Shown piece after piece: positions 1 to 12,279 of a DNA stretch of 64,000 nt. Source of the stretch: Dicyema japonicum (lineage: Eukaryota > Animalia > Dicyemida); assembly GCA_011109175.1 (NCBI GenBank), contig RDEW01000042.1:316504-380503 (forward strand). Reading direction: 5' to 3'. Position 1 is the stretch's first letter; each line of letters begins with the position of its first letter. A program made the position numbers and the translations under genes. Under the pieces are notes generated by a model. It was not told the DNA's origin. It worked only from the letters and a program-made list of their open reading frames with translations, and did no database searches.

Positions 1-360
1 CGTAATTTTTGTATACTTCAAGGTCCTTTAGACTATCCAGGATCTTGATTTGACTGGTATTAACATAGCCATTCATTCTTTCTAATTAAAGAAAGAATAC
101 AAATTAACCTGGACCGGATCACGGAAAATGGAAAACCGGCTCATGGTGAATGCAGAAAAGTCGTCCACGTCCCTTTTTACCTTGGAAAAAATTGGGAGGA
201 AGACAGTAACCTTGAAGTTAAACAAGGTCGACATCTCTGTCAAAAATACCAAGGATCTTGGTTGTGACACTTGATGTGCATCTCTGTTTGACACCACACG
301 TAGAAAACATTCTGTTGAAATGCCAAGTGAACGTATTGAAAAGTTAATCGTGAATATGGA
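1..360 (+). mobile_element. Non-LTR retrotransposon RT 3' fragment, same family as 29700-31255
   Basis: VNAEKSSTSLFT..KTVTLKLN..RILVVTLDVHLCLTPHVENILLKC is nearly identical to the protein of ORF 29744-30406. Confidence 0.8.
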
Positions 361-364
361 AGCT

Positions 365-900
365 TTATTATTTGAGCTTCTGGTAATTAGATGATCTATT
401 AAAGACTACTCTTTCCATAATCTTTGAAATAGTGAGATAAGACTAATTGGCCTTTATTTTCTGCATCTACAAGTGTTCTTTTCCAAGTAGAGGGAATATG
501 TCCTAACCTCAAGAAGAACAGAAGCAACATTAATTAGTGGTAAGTCTACCTTTTCGAAAACCATTACTGGTATAAGTCCCAACCAGGAGCTTTGTTTTTA
601 CATCCTCCAATTGATAGTTTATTTCATCAAGAGAAAAGGTTTCAGATAAAGGCCCTTCTCCAGACGAAGCTACCTTGCTATCATTAAACTCATTTTGAAT
701 CTCGTGTGGAATCAAGGATCATGGATTCATTTCTTGAATCAGAACAAGGGTCCTTCCCAACGCATCTGGCACTTCTTTAGGGATCAAAGCACCACATGAT
801 ATTTGGGAATTATCCCCTTTCCTTTTTATCGGAACAACACATCTTTGAAAAAAGTTTTGGATTATTTCGGGAGAATCTTTTCTATTTCCCCCTGTCGAAT
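365..900 (-). mobile_element. Degenerate non-LTR RT N-terminal region
   Basis: FSLDEINYQL..K.PGWD pre-RT motif, followed by a degenerate YRxISL-like motif. Confidence 0.5.
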
Positions 901-914
901 GCAAGCAATCTTAA

Positions 915-1110
915 TTCGTCTAGGTCGTCCTCCGTTTTGAGCTTTTTTTCATCTGGTTTCGATCTTTGTTCAAGACAATCGGCAGTGTCGTTCTTGGTCG
1001 TCCACGGAAGGGTTTGTCGCAACTGTCAAAGTAATCTTCCATCGTTTTGTTAGCGGGTGCGTCCGGGTTCATTATTAATACATGTCCAAATAGTATCCAC
1101 CGGGCTTCTA
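915..1110 (-). mobile_element. RTE-clade LINE 3' fragment
   Basis: ARWILFGHVL..FRGRPRTTLPIVLNKD; homologous to 5440-5620. Confidence 0.8.
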
Positions 1111-4100
1111 TCGCATCCTTGCTTATGTAGGAATACACTTGTTGTAAATACCACTGGTTGATATTCTACGTGGCCACTCCATTCTGAGTAAGCTTCTTTG
1201 TTGCCTTCTATGGAACGAATCCCAAGTCCAGCGTTATACAGTAAGACTGGAAGTTCGTTGAAGGAACTTCCCCAAGTCCCATCGTTGTACAGTAAGACTG
1301 GTTTCACAAAGGCGTTGTCTTTTTTTAACAAACTTAATTTTTTCTTAAAAAACATAAATCCTGAAAATCCTAGTATTGTTTTAACTTTTTTCTACCTTGA
1401 TTTTCTACAAACCAGATTCTATTGTTTTATAGTCAAAAACACATACGAAATAAGAACTCTTATAACCCATTTAACCAAATTGTCTGAGATTACTTTTCTG
1501 ATCTATTCATACAGGTGATCACAGAACTAGTGATCGTTTTGTTTCAATATTTATTCAATTTCTCAAATATATCAAATTGAAATATTTACAATCAACCTTA
1601 CTCATTTTTATATCCTCTATTTTGACAAAAAACCCACTAATCATCCAAAATAATTTTAAGATGAACTAAATTCAATTTTGAAATATTCATTTACTGCATG
1701 CAATAATTGAAATATTCATTTACTGCATGCTAATTCCATTTAGTGCATGGTCATGTCTCTACATGGTGGGAATTTATATTCCATCACAATGTCCACATGT
1801 GGTAATCTCCAGTTATATTTTTGCATCTTCAGATGAATCTCATCTGTTTAACAATTAGTCTGCAGGCTTAGTTTTTTCTTTTACATTAAAAAGATATCTC
1901 CTCAATTTAATCGATAGAGTCAAAAAGCTTGAATATTATTTTTTCTATCACTTGAACAAGATCTCTTATCTGATCAGAATCACATTCATCTCCTTTCCTT
2001 CTTTTTTATAACTTTGTTATTTACATATGATCTGGAAACCGCCGCACCAGATCTATCTGACTGATATTTTGGAGCGTCTGATCACATAGAACATAAATTA
2101 AATAGTTAGCCACGTGGTTAATTCGTCACACGATTGAGATGGTGGCGTATTTTTAATGCACAAATGTCCACATAGATGAAAACCCTTGTCTCTCTTCTCG
2201 GACGAAGTGAAGGACTTAACAAACATCGAAAATCAGAAGTTCTGAATAAAGGAAAGACTTGTCGGATGCAGGATCATAATTCGAACCTTGTCCAGACCAA
2301 AATAGGTATATTACCACCATCATTTGGCTAGCTGGGTATGTTTTATTTATTATAAAATCGCTTGCTATAACAAACTTTGTATTTTGGGGGATATCACTAA
2401 TAAATTATTATAGAGGTGGCATTGTTGGCGGATGGTATGCTATTTTAAGTAAAATAAATCTAGAACGGTAGTTTGGTGATCGTCCCGTAGTCAATAGCAA
2501 GCAGACTACTAATTGGTAAGAAGTTGGCTCGGTTCACAAACATGTAGGAAGCCGGTTACCATCAACCGTCCAGCTGAGAGTGTTGGGTGAATCCACAAGC
2601 TTCATAGAGTAATTGGTAGTCCTGCTCTGTAGGATGATTCAGAATTATTATCATTAACTCCAGATACACAGAGAAATAAGTTAACAAATAATTAAGTTTA
2701 ACCAATCCTCACTGTAACAGAGTCATTCCAATGTCATCAAGTCCATCCAGAACCAGCATAAAGACGATTCCCAATGTGGGAGTGGTTTTAAACAGATATT
2801 AATATAAAATAAATAATTAGGGTTATAAAAATAATTAAAATAATTAATTTATGTACAAAAATAATTCAAAAACAATAATCTGGTTATAAATGGACTTTCA
2901 ATATAGATTCAAAGACAAAGTCATTAATGTGCCTAATTTACAGCTTCTACTATTGGGACGCAATTATGCCGAAATTGAATTCAAAGAGTATATGTACTTC
3001 AAACTAAAAAGGGGAACGTATTGAGGTATATCTAAATCTACAGCTTTCAATGGAAATAGCCACTCCGTTCTCTCAGATTAATTTGATTGTTTTTGCTTGA
3101 GATATCTTAAATAATATGAAAGATAATCTTAACCTTGTTGTACAACGTAGTCATAGCAAAGGTATTTTACTTGTTATCTCAGCTTGTCCCTCTCCACATC
3201 CCCCAAAGTTCTAATAGTCTAATCTCATGCAGCAAATGCGATTGTCTTTTCCATGAGTATTGTATTGAACTGGGATAACATCACCATATGAAGCGGAAGT
3301 AGTGTAATAATTGAGTATCTGTAAAGAGGAAACATCAGAGTAGGCCTTACTAAAAGAATCCCAAATATAGAGCATCTGGTAAACATTCACTGAGGTCAAG
3401 GGTCTTTTAATAAAAAATATTGACAGATTTTCTAGCCATGTCTATCAGAGATGCAGCAGAAAAAGAATGGCAAATTTCGTAAAAAAGATGCAATCATTGA
3501 CTCGTATTTTGCAGCACAGAATAAACCACAAGAGGGGTCTGAGAGCGCAGAGAAGAGTCCAAGCGATTGCAGGACTTGCGGTGAGAAGCCAACTAATTCC
3601 CTCTTTGATTTCTTCATTAATAAATTTGTTAGTCAGTTAACTCCCTTTTCAGCGTTTGAATCATTATTCAGTACATCTGGAAGAGTTAATCTTGGTCTTC
3701 CGCGAGCACATGCATGCAAAGAAAACTGCCTACATTTATACCAAACAAATCCAACCTATCTCCCTTACCTAGTAACTACCGGATAGTTAGCTGGCTATGG
3801 AAAACGACCAAATTTATTTCAATCGATGTTGTGGAGTGAAAATTTCATCAAATTATTATCAATATTTAAGACAAGGATAGAATCTGATTCTTCAATAAAT
3901 TTAATTTAAAGTTTTTTATCAATCTGATGGTTGTTTCATGATTTCCAGAGAGTGTAAAATGATTTCTATTTCGTCCCAAGACCTCTGAAAAAGTGCCTAC
4001 TTTAAGGAGTTCTATTGCAATCACTCTCATGGTGTTTTCAAGTGTATATCTCTAAGTGTGACGATAGGCAAACATATGAAGCACATGGAGAAAGAAAATC

Positions 4101-4929
4101 AAGGAACGAATTGTTGGCCGAAGATCTGAGACAAAGGCCATCCTGAGAAGACCTTCTTCCAGCCTATATCATTGAGTCGGACATTGAGAACAGTCACTAG
4201 TAAAGACTTTAGTGTTGAATCGTTGGTGCTTAAGATTTTCCAATACTTGAATGCTAGCAATTTTCAAAACAAAAAGTAACTTGGGGTTAAAATGATAATT
4301 TTTCAGGAAGAATGACACTTATGAATATAGATTCTCAACCTATTGGATAGAAAGCGTATTAGTTTGTCGAGGTAAGATCAATCCTCAGACCCCCGTCACC
4401 AAAGTAAACTCAAAAGAAAGACGATTCACCAACGTCGGTGATATTTGCACCAGTAAACTGATTTGTATTTATTAATATGCTCAAAATCTTTGCTAGGCTT
4501 AGCAAAAACAGTAATAACTAATTAATCAAAAAAGGAACCCAAGGGAGAATGTCTGCATGTGCCAACCAATTCCATCCTCCAATAGTTCACTACAGAATTC
4601 TGATTCGGGCTGTCCTCTTCTAATTTTCATTACACATCCTACCATCGCGGACATCACATCATTTTTCGAGGGAAGTTTTCATAATAGCAATCTTCATCGA
4701 TGGAGTTTGTCAGGAAGAAGACAGGAATGATCCCTTTCAGCAACTGTGTCGAGCCAGAAGTACTTGTTGCCTCACGGATGGGATCTGATTGACAAGAATT
4801 GACCTTCTGTTAAAAGTTATTCTTTCGAATTCGAACTCACAACTGTCGTCACCATACGTTATGATCAACCAAGAAGGCCTAAGACGATAGATAACAAATA
4901 ACATATATTTCCTGCCTCAGCCATTAGCC

Positions 4930-5800
4930 AGCATGTGAAGGATGCATGCCGATGGAGATTATATATGCAGATGACATAGATTTTGTGTCAGAAAATGATC
5001 TGGAACTTAGACTTGTTTTAGAGAAAATCCATGGAGAATTTAAGAATTGGTCTCTGCGAGTTAATCAGGAAAATACTGAACACATAAGAATCACAAGGGA
5101 ATCAAAATATATTGATGAAAATTGGAGGAAAAAAAGGAAATTGGGATCCTTACTTGGTGATAGTGAGGACATGATGTATAGAAGAGTTCTAGCCACTGCC
5201 ATGTATAAGAAAATGCAGAAGATATGGAGTCGACGAAAACTAATAAAAACAAATCTAAGAATAAGACTATACAACGCATATATAAAACCGGTGCTTATGT
5301 ACAACTCGGGTACATGGGGGGTCACAGAGCTAGAGCTCAAGAAAATGGATATATTTCATCGCAAACAATTACGCAATTTAATGGGCCTAGGTTGGCCCAA
5401 GAAGATTTCAAACAAGAAATTATACTCTGTGGCACAATCGAGGCCAATAAGCATCGACATTATTGAATCAAGGTGGAGACTGTTCGGGCACGTGCTCAGA
5501 ATGGACATAAACGCCCCTCAAATATAATGATGAACAATTACTTTAACAATGAGAACAAACCATCATTCAGAGGAAGACCCAGAGTCACTCTACCCGTGGC
5601 TCTGAACAAGGATCTTAATGGGATTAGAAGAAATCTTAAATCTGCAGAAGACCTAGAAGATCTAAGGACAGATGTGCAAAGCAGAGGGCGATGGAGACGC
5701 CTAGTGAAGCAGATTGTGGAACGTGAGGCACAAACGAGACCTTAGTTAATATAACGTTCTTTGGTTCTGTGAAAGTGCTTTTTAATAATTATAATAATAG
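4930..5800 (+). mobile_element. RTE-clade LINE, 5'-truncated (RT YADD to C-terminus, AAT-rich tail)
   Basis: IIYADDIDF, KLGSLLG, RLYNAYIKPVLMYNSGTW, RWRLFGHVLRM, RGRPRVTLP; one frameshift near 5520. Confidence 0.92.
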
Positions 5801-6539
5801 CCATAGCATTTGAAATAAGATAGTGATGTGACAAGGACGGAGTCTATCACTTCCGGCGTTGCGGCGACTAAGTGGACTTGGGCTTTCGTTACGAGAAATT
5901 CGGTTCCCAGACACAATGAGACGCAGTTCCTTTGATGATATGTGATATGTTCGGCCTCAAAAAGCGGAAAGTATCCAAGGGATAGTAACAGTACCATTAG
6001 AGATAAGAAGTCGGAGGGCGGCTTTCATGTCACAAAGAGTTTTAAGCCAATTCGTTCCCTGAGACCTGATTCCGGTATCCGACATGGACTGAGCTTGGAG
6101 AAGGATAGGTAGATCCGAAATCACATGCTTATAGGGGAAATCTGCAGATTGAATTTTTATGATGGACGAGATTGATTTGTCAGGCTGATCTAGCGCTTAT
6201 GACCCACAAGAACATATGCGGCAAAAGAAAAACATCAACAACTGTCATCCCCAGAGTACACGAGTTTGGCTAATAGCAGCCTGGATTCTTGTTCTCTTGG
6301 AGATGTGGATCGGAATGCCTCTTGTCTTTCTGATACTAGCAGGTCGTTTACTTTCGCTAAATCCTAATCCAATTTAGGGGATTTTTCGCATAAAGCAAAA
6401 GTTGTTTCAGAGCGGCCGATAAAGCAAACTGGACAATCCAAAATAGAAATTGCATAAGCATCAGGTTTGGAAAATCGCACACATCTCAGATAAAAAATAA
6501 TAAGAAGTGGTGGCGGCGGACTCCCTATGGAGATTGATC

Positions 6540-7310
6540 GGTATGAGTATAACTAGTTGATTGGTTGTTTGGTCAACATATCGATATAATGGATAATTTT
6601 TCCATAATTAGGGGATTCGTGTTGAATGATATGTTGAATATGAGAGCTATTGTTATAGCGCCAGATGTACTTCAGTTATATGGTGGTGATAGAGTCTGGT
6701 CCATTAAGATTGCTTGTCTGATTCCATGCCAGGTAAATCTCGTCATGATTTTTTTTGATTTAATCCTTTTTGGATAGATTTGGTAGTAATCTATGTCGGA
6801 TATAGAGGATAATATTTTATTAAAGAGAATGAGGACTTTGGATGGGTTCCCCCCTATGATGTATTTGCAAAAAATTTCTTATGGAGAGTATATATTATGG
6901 AGATATCAGCATTATCCTCTTAAGAATATTACTTTTTTTAATCATTTTTCATTTCTGTGTTTAAAAAAGGAAGAATACTACGCATTGTGGTGAATAATTT
7001 ATCTTCTGCAAGATTGGTTTAATTACCGATGAAATAATCTTGTTGAAAGCACGTGTAGTGAAGTTCTATCATACGATTTGCATATATAAAAATCGGTGGT
7101 TTATGGTTATTAAATCCATAGGTAATAAAGTCAGTTTAGTTAGATGGGGGATAGTGGAATGTGGACTAAAGCCATGCTGCGATTTTGATGGATTGATTGA
7201 TAAATTGGTAGATGTGTTTAAGCACGAGTTTTTACAAAATTTTGGAGGTGGCACAAAAAAGATAAATAAGGCGGAAAGATTATGGATCACCCCCTCAGAA
7301 AGCATTTTCG
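6540..7310 (-). mobile_element. Degenerate non-LTR RT
   Basis: QHGFSPHST (RT domain 2) and degenerate downstream RT motifs on the minus strand. Confidence 0.55.
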
Positions 7311-7881
7311 ATAAGCAGAGATTATAATTGATTTAAAACATTTAAGAGTCAATCGAATTTAAATTTGATACATAAAAATCTTGAAAATGGATTCCGTTAC
7401 TTGTTAAAATTCATTCCATTTCCCTCGATTGTAACTGATAAAGGTTTTTTTGTTGTATTGTCTCTATTCTTACTTTTCTACCAATTTGGGCGTAATTTTG
7501 ACCCAGGCCGAGAGGAATCGCAGTTCTCTGCGTCCGTGAAAGCCTCCATTTACATTTGATTGAAAAAAATCCTCCATAATAAGGTTACTAGGTGTCCCTA
7601 ATCCATATGGAGAATATGCTAAAAAAGTAGCCAGTGAGATTTTATTACTTCTTCACTAATCGGAATTTACATAGCTCGTAAAGAGTCCTCTTGTTTAAAG
7701 GCTAGGAGATGCCACTATTTTTCTGAGCTGATTTCTGTGGTATCCGTCAAGTCTGCTAAGATATACTTTCGACGTTAGAGTTGTACAGTAGGGTTTTACT
7801 GACCCATTAAATAGCCTTATTCGGAGATTCAGAGACACGTGCTTTCTACCTGGATGGGAACTTTTCCGAATAACTTTATTT

Positions 7882-8060
7882 GGTCTGCTGGCGCAGTATG
7901 ACGGTTGCCGGGCAAGAGGCCTGAAGGTCGTTAGTTCGAACCCCGATACTGCACATTTCGTTGAAGGTTCCACACATCAATATACTTTGGCTTGACGAGT
8001 GATGCCGTCATTAGTGGACATCACTGCGGAACCGGATTATCTATAAAGGACATACACCCA
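7882..8060 (+). mobile_element. tRNA-derived SINE
   Basis: A-box-like TGGCGCAGTATG and B-box GTTCGAACC in a tRNA-sized head. The body (ttgaaggttccac..gcttgacgagtg..gcggaac..tctataa) is shared with 37740-37900. It sits within RTE remnants. Confidence 0.75.
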
Positions 8061-8541
8061 AGAAAAAGAAAAAAATAAGTGAAGAGCATTCCTTGATCCT
8101 CCATCGCTTAGCTATTATTACTGTTCTTTTCTTAAATAATCCTTGAGACCAAGTGGTAGTTAATTCTGACAGAGAATCGATAGCCTTCTACAATGTGTTT
8201 TTTATGGTCAACTATGAAGTTGGCGGAGCACTTTGTGTCCAATACAAAGTGACCACATTCTTGCTGTATTTATAAATTGGTTTTCGTTGATCCTCGCTAG
8301 ACATCCATGAACATTTTACCACGTGGATATAGCCTCTTCACTTCCAGCATTCTTTCGTTGAGAAAGACCATGATTGTTTTAGTCTGCACCTGATCTCATG
8401 TAAAAATTTCGAGCGTAATTTTTTAGTTGAATTTTTCGTTCAGGGAACAGGTTTCGATTTTCAACCAGATACCCCGTTGAATTAATAATAAATTTAATAA
8501 ATATAATAATAAAATTATTTAAATATAAAAACTTGTATATA

Positions 8542-9257
8542 ATGAGTCGTATTAATTATCGTGGAATATCACGAAAAGTTATTATATTATATAAATTAGG
8601 AATTCAATAATTGGTTGTCATTAGAGTACACAGGAAATGACCCATTTGAGGTATTTAAATTAATTATAATAGATTTTACAAGTACGGTACAACGACTCCT
8701 CTCTGACTATTTCTGACCGGTTTGAATTACCTTCTGAAGTTGATGTCGATGTGTGGAAATATGTTAATTTAAAGTTATATTAAATTTACTATCAGACTCT
8801 TTATAATATCCTTTTTTGATTTAACAACCTACCTCATGCGTGAATGCACTCGTATAACCTGTCCTGAGATGATTTCCCCTTCCAAGTGTTATTTCAGATG
8901 TTCAGCCCATCCCACTAACCAAAACGTTTACTTTCATTTAATACAAGTGTTCAGCCATTGAATATTGCATTCACAATCTGATTTATGCTCTTGACTTTCT
9001 TCGGAAATTAGGAATTAATCAGTTTTATTATTATTAATTTTAGAACTTGTATTACTCCTCAAATGAGGACCAAACTTCCCTCTTTTTATCGAAGACTCAG
9101 TAGAATATTCCTACACGCCTTCAACTTTCATAGAAATATTTTTGATGAATTTGAGGTTGTATGTGGCTTTAATTAGGCAAATACGGCTTTTTATTCAATG
9201 TTTAAATATTTTGTTGTTCACTTTGACATTTTACAGGACGATTGCATTCTTAATTAA
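8542..9257 (+). CDS. MOB4: MOB-like protein phocein (MOB4), 7 exons, 194 aa
   Basis: Exons 8542-8577, 8600-8650, 8673-8773, 8796-8925, 8948-9021, 9044-9155 and 9177-9257, joined by GT-AG introns of 22,22,22,22,22,21 nt, give an open 585-nt CDS: MSRINYRGISRKEFNNW...ELPSEVDVDVWKYVNLKLF...ECTRITCPEM...FRCSAHP...CSAIEYCIHNL...KLPSFYRRLSRIFLHAFNFHRNIFDEFEANTAFYSMFKYFVVHFDIL. These match MOB4 motifs ([51 protein letters not shown]). Confidence 0.93.
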
Positions 9258-9259
9258 CA

Positions 9260-9700
9260 TTTGTTCTATTAAATTGTTCTGTTTCATTTTTATAATTCAC
9301 GTAAGTACGTGCACCAAAGAGAATATTAAATGGTAGTCTCTTCCACTCTCCTCGGTCGTCAGCCACAATCTTTTTTATTGAAGTTGGGTTTTTTTAAACT
9401 TACTAAAGTTACTTTTATGTATCTTTGATGTTACAAGGAGATCATGTAATAATATATGCTAAAAGAATAATAAAATCTTTTATTGATAAAATAAAAATTC
9501 TGTGATTAACAGAGTCATAAACACGTATCTGCACTTTTTCTAGATTTCACTATTTGCATTCTGGTGGGCCATAAAAGAGTAAATAGATATTAAAATGATT
9601 TAATAAAATTTTAATCTTCATTTCCAGATCTTTAACGGCAGCTAGTACTGGACGATTCCACAGGTCATCGATATTCACGGTAAGAGAAAGCTTTTTGTAG
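9260..9700 (-). mobile_element. Old RTE 3' fragment abutting the MOB4 stop codon
   Basis: LWN..MKIKILLNHFNIYLLFYG and ADDRGEWKRL are RTE C-terminal motifs. Confidence 0.5.
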
Positions 9701-10349
9701 AATCAATGATTATTGGTCCGGTGATGGAAGCCAAGATCCTGACTCGTCTCTAAGGGGGAAGTGCTCAGAACGTAGTTATGCTACACTTGAATACTATGAG
9801 GCTGAACTTGGAAGGGAAGGGGGAGAGTGGTTGGTTAATAACCAAGAACCTAGAGAATCCAATTTTGTTTTGAGATGGGGTGAGACGAAGGTAATGTTTT
9901 ATCCCAAGCCGCGAAGGATCAATTTATCTGCATATGAAGTACCACGTATCTTTGAGCTCGGGTATGCTACTCATGAGGAGGCTTAACAAAGCCAGAGGGC
10001 AGAGCCTTATGTGACTCCATTTGGAGGTAACAGGAACGACATTTCTTGTACATACTCGATGTAGGTCCCTGTCTTCCGGAGAGAGATGATTTTAGTGGTC
10101 TCTATATGAATGGAAGAACAGTCAATGCGTTATCTTGTTGCATAGAACGTGCCGGGAGGTCCTGCCAAAGTTTTAAGGTGGTTTGTGATTCTATCCTCAA
10201 TAAAGTCAGTTAATTTGGTTAGATGGGTTTAGGTTGAAGCCATGCTGAGAGTTGGTCAGATTAAGGTGAGGGTATATCCAGTTGAGAATGTATCTCTACG
10301 GATCTTTGATGCTGTACAGAAGAGGGAAATATTCAAAAGGATCCTTGGT

Positions 10350-11690
10350 CATGTGGATTCTTGCTAAGTTTTATAGTCGGGAATATTGTCGATTATTTCC
10401 AGAGCATAAGCACAAATCTTGAATTCAAGGACGCTTGAAGATGTCCGTAAAAGCCCGCAGTCCATTTGGCCCAAGATTCTTTAGATGAAAAATGCATATT
10501 CTGTCAGGGCCTTTTAAGGGTGCGTTCCTCTCATTATTTATTAGGACATGTATCTCCAACCAGTCTATTTGATTGGGTATTTACTCAGTGACGGATTCAA
10601 TTAAAGAATCGATTATTATTATTTTTTTAANNNNNNNNNNNNNNNNNNNNNNNNNNNNNNNNNNNNNNNNNNNNNNNNNNNNNNNNNNNNNNNNNNNNNN
10701 NNNNNNNNNNNNNNNNNNNNNNNNNNNNNNNNNNNNNNNNNNNNNNNNNNNNNNNNNNNNNNNNNNNNNNNNNNNNNNNNNNNNNNNNNNNNNNNNNNNN
10801 NNNNNNNNNNNNNNNNNNNNNNNNNNNNNNNNNNNNNNNNNNNNNNNNNNNNNNNNNNNNNNNNNNNNNNNNNNNNNNNNNNNNNNNNNNNNNNNNNNNN
10901 NNNNNNNNNNNNNNNNNNNNNNNNNNNNNNNNNNNNNNNNNNNNNNNNNNNNNNNNNNNNNNNNNNNNNNNNNNNNNNNNNNNNNNNNNNNNNNNNNNNN
11001 NNNNNNNNNNNNNNNNNNNNNNNNNNNNNNNNNNNNNNNNNNNNNNNNNNNNNNNNNNNNNNNNNNNNNNNNNNNNNNNNNNNNNNNNNNNNNNNNNNNN
11101 NNNNNNNNNNNNNNNNNNNNNNNNNNNNNNNNNNNNNNNNNNNNNNNNNNNNNNNNNNNNNNNNNNNNNNNNNNNNNNNNNNNNNNNNNNNNNNNNNNNN
11201 NNNNNNNNNNNNNNNNNNNNNNNNNNNNNNNNNNNNNNNNNNNNNNNNNNNNNNNNNNNNNNNNNNNNNNNNNNNNNNNNNNNNNNNNNNNNNNNNNNNN
11301 NNNNNNNNNNNNNNNNNNNNNNNNNNNNNNNNNNNNNNNNNNNNNNNNNNNNNNNNNNNNNNNNNNNNNNNNNNNNNNNNNNNNNNNNNNNNNNNNNNNN
11401 NNNNNNNNNNNNNNNNNNNNNNNNNNNNNNNNNNNNNNNNNNNNNNNNNNNNNNNNAATCTTTTCGCAAGGCGTGTTAATTCTTCATTTTTGGAAAGTAA
11501 ATGGTTCTTGAGTTCTTCTTCGCTGAGTGGGCATCCGAGGAAATATAATTTATCAACTGGCACAGTCGGGATCCCAGGAAGCAGTTCGTTAAAAGACTCC
11601 TTGATAAAGAGGAAGTCGGTGTATGGATATGAGACATTTATTAGATCTGATTTGTTAACATTGATGTCCAAGCCAAAATGTTTTTAAGCG
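10350..11690 (-). mobile_element. CRE-like non-LTR RT fragments flanking an assembly gap
   Basis: GPNGLR pre-RT motif near 10460 and GLDINVNKSDL..LYFLGCPL near 11530-11680. Confidence 0.45.
10631..11456. other. Assembly gap (other gaps: 20784-21384, 31256-32085, 41474-41996)
   Basis: Runs of n. Confidence 0.99.
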
Positions 11691-11809
11691 GGTAACGCTT
11701 TACGTAATGAATTGTACGTTTCTTCTGGCATATGGTGGAAGCAAGCTTCGCAACACACAACAAATTACAAAAATAAGCATTATATCTTGCCCCTTGTAAG
11801 GGCGTCCCA

Positions 11810-11977
11810 GATATAAAGCTGGAAAGAACAGATACTACACTTTACTACACGACCGATGCGTGCTTGTGTGGGGTCGAGGGAGGAGCATCGGGCCAAGATG
11901 AGGTCCCTGCTAGAACGTGCTGGGTTCACGTGATTAGTTAGTTTGTGCAACCGTGGTCTCAGGTGTTATTATTATTT
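11810..11977 (+). mobile_element. 3' terminus of an APE-type non-LTR element (family of 29700-31255)
   Basis: RPMRACVGSREEHRAKMRSLLERAGFT* followed by a short UTR, a hairpin and (TAT)n. Confidence 0.75.
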
Positions 11978-12279
11978 CCTTACTTGTAGGGGCCAGCAGC
12001 TAAGTAAGATGCAACAAATGTCGATCGTTAATTTTTAAAAGGAGACCAGGAGCTATTAAGTACGGTAGGTGAAGCAATCCCAAGATCATTCTCTAAACTC
12101 ATCGAAGGGTCTGGAATAATATCAAATCTAACAGAACTAGCACTGAACAACATATAGAAGAAATCCATGTTCACCTCAACACTCTGATTGACTATTATGC
12201 TTTAGTATCACACAAAGAATTCTCCGGAGATTACCGTGTTTACTTGAAGAGGATTAAACCAGAAACTCCACAGATTGGA

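Noticed and set aside
2300-2790. Possible C-type-lectin-like pseudogene on the minus strand (WND..C, FLC)
   Set aside because: Too degenerate; no consistent frame or intact splice sites could be established.
7882-7955. Functional tRNA gene
   Set aside because: The acceptor and anticodon stems do not pair properly, and the head is fused to a repeated body, so it is called a SINE.
7985-8035. Hammerhead ribozyme in the SINE body (TGACGA + hairpin + GGAAC)
   Set aside because: It lacks the CUGANGA/GAAA core spacing and stems I/III, and is not conserved in that form in the other copies.
9400-9580. Rab-like motifs on the + strand (LLLCIFDVTRRS, ILVGHK)
   Set aside because: No P-loop or DTAG motif, and the frames cannot be joined without stops. 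The opposite strand is better explained as an RTE C-terminus.
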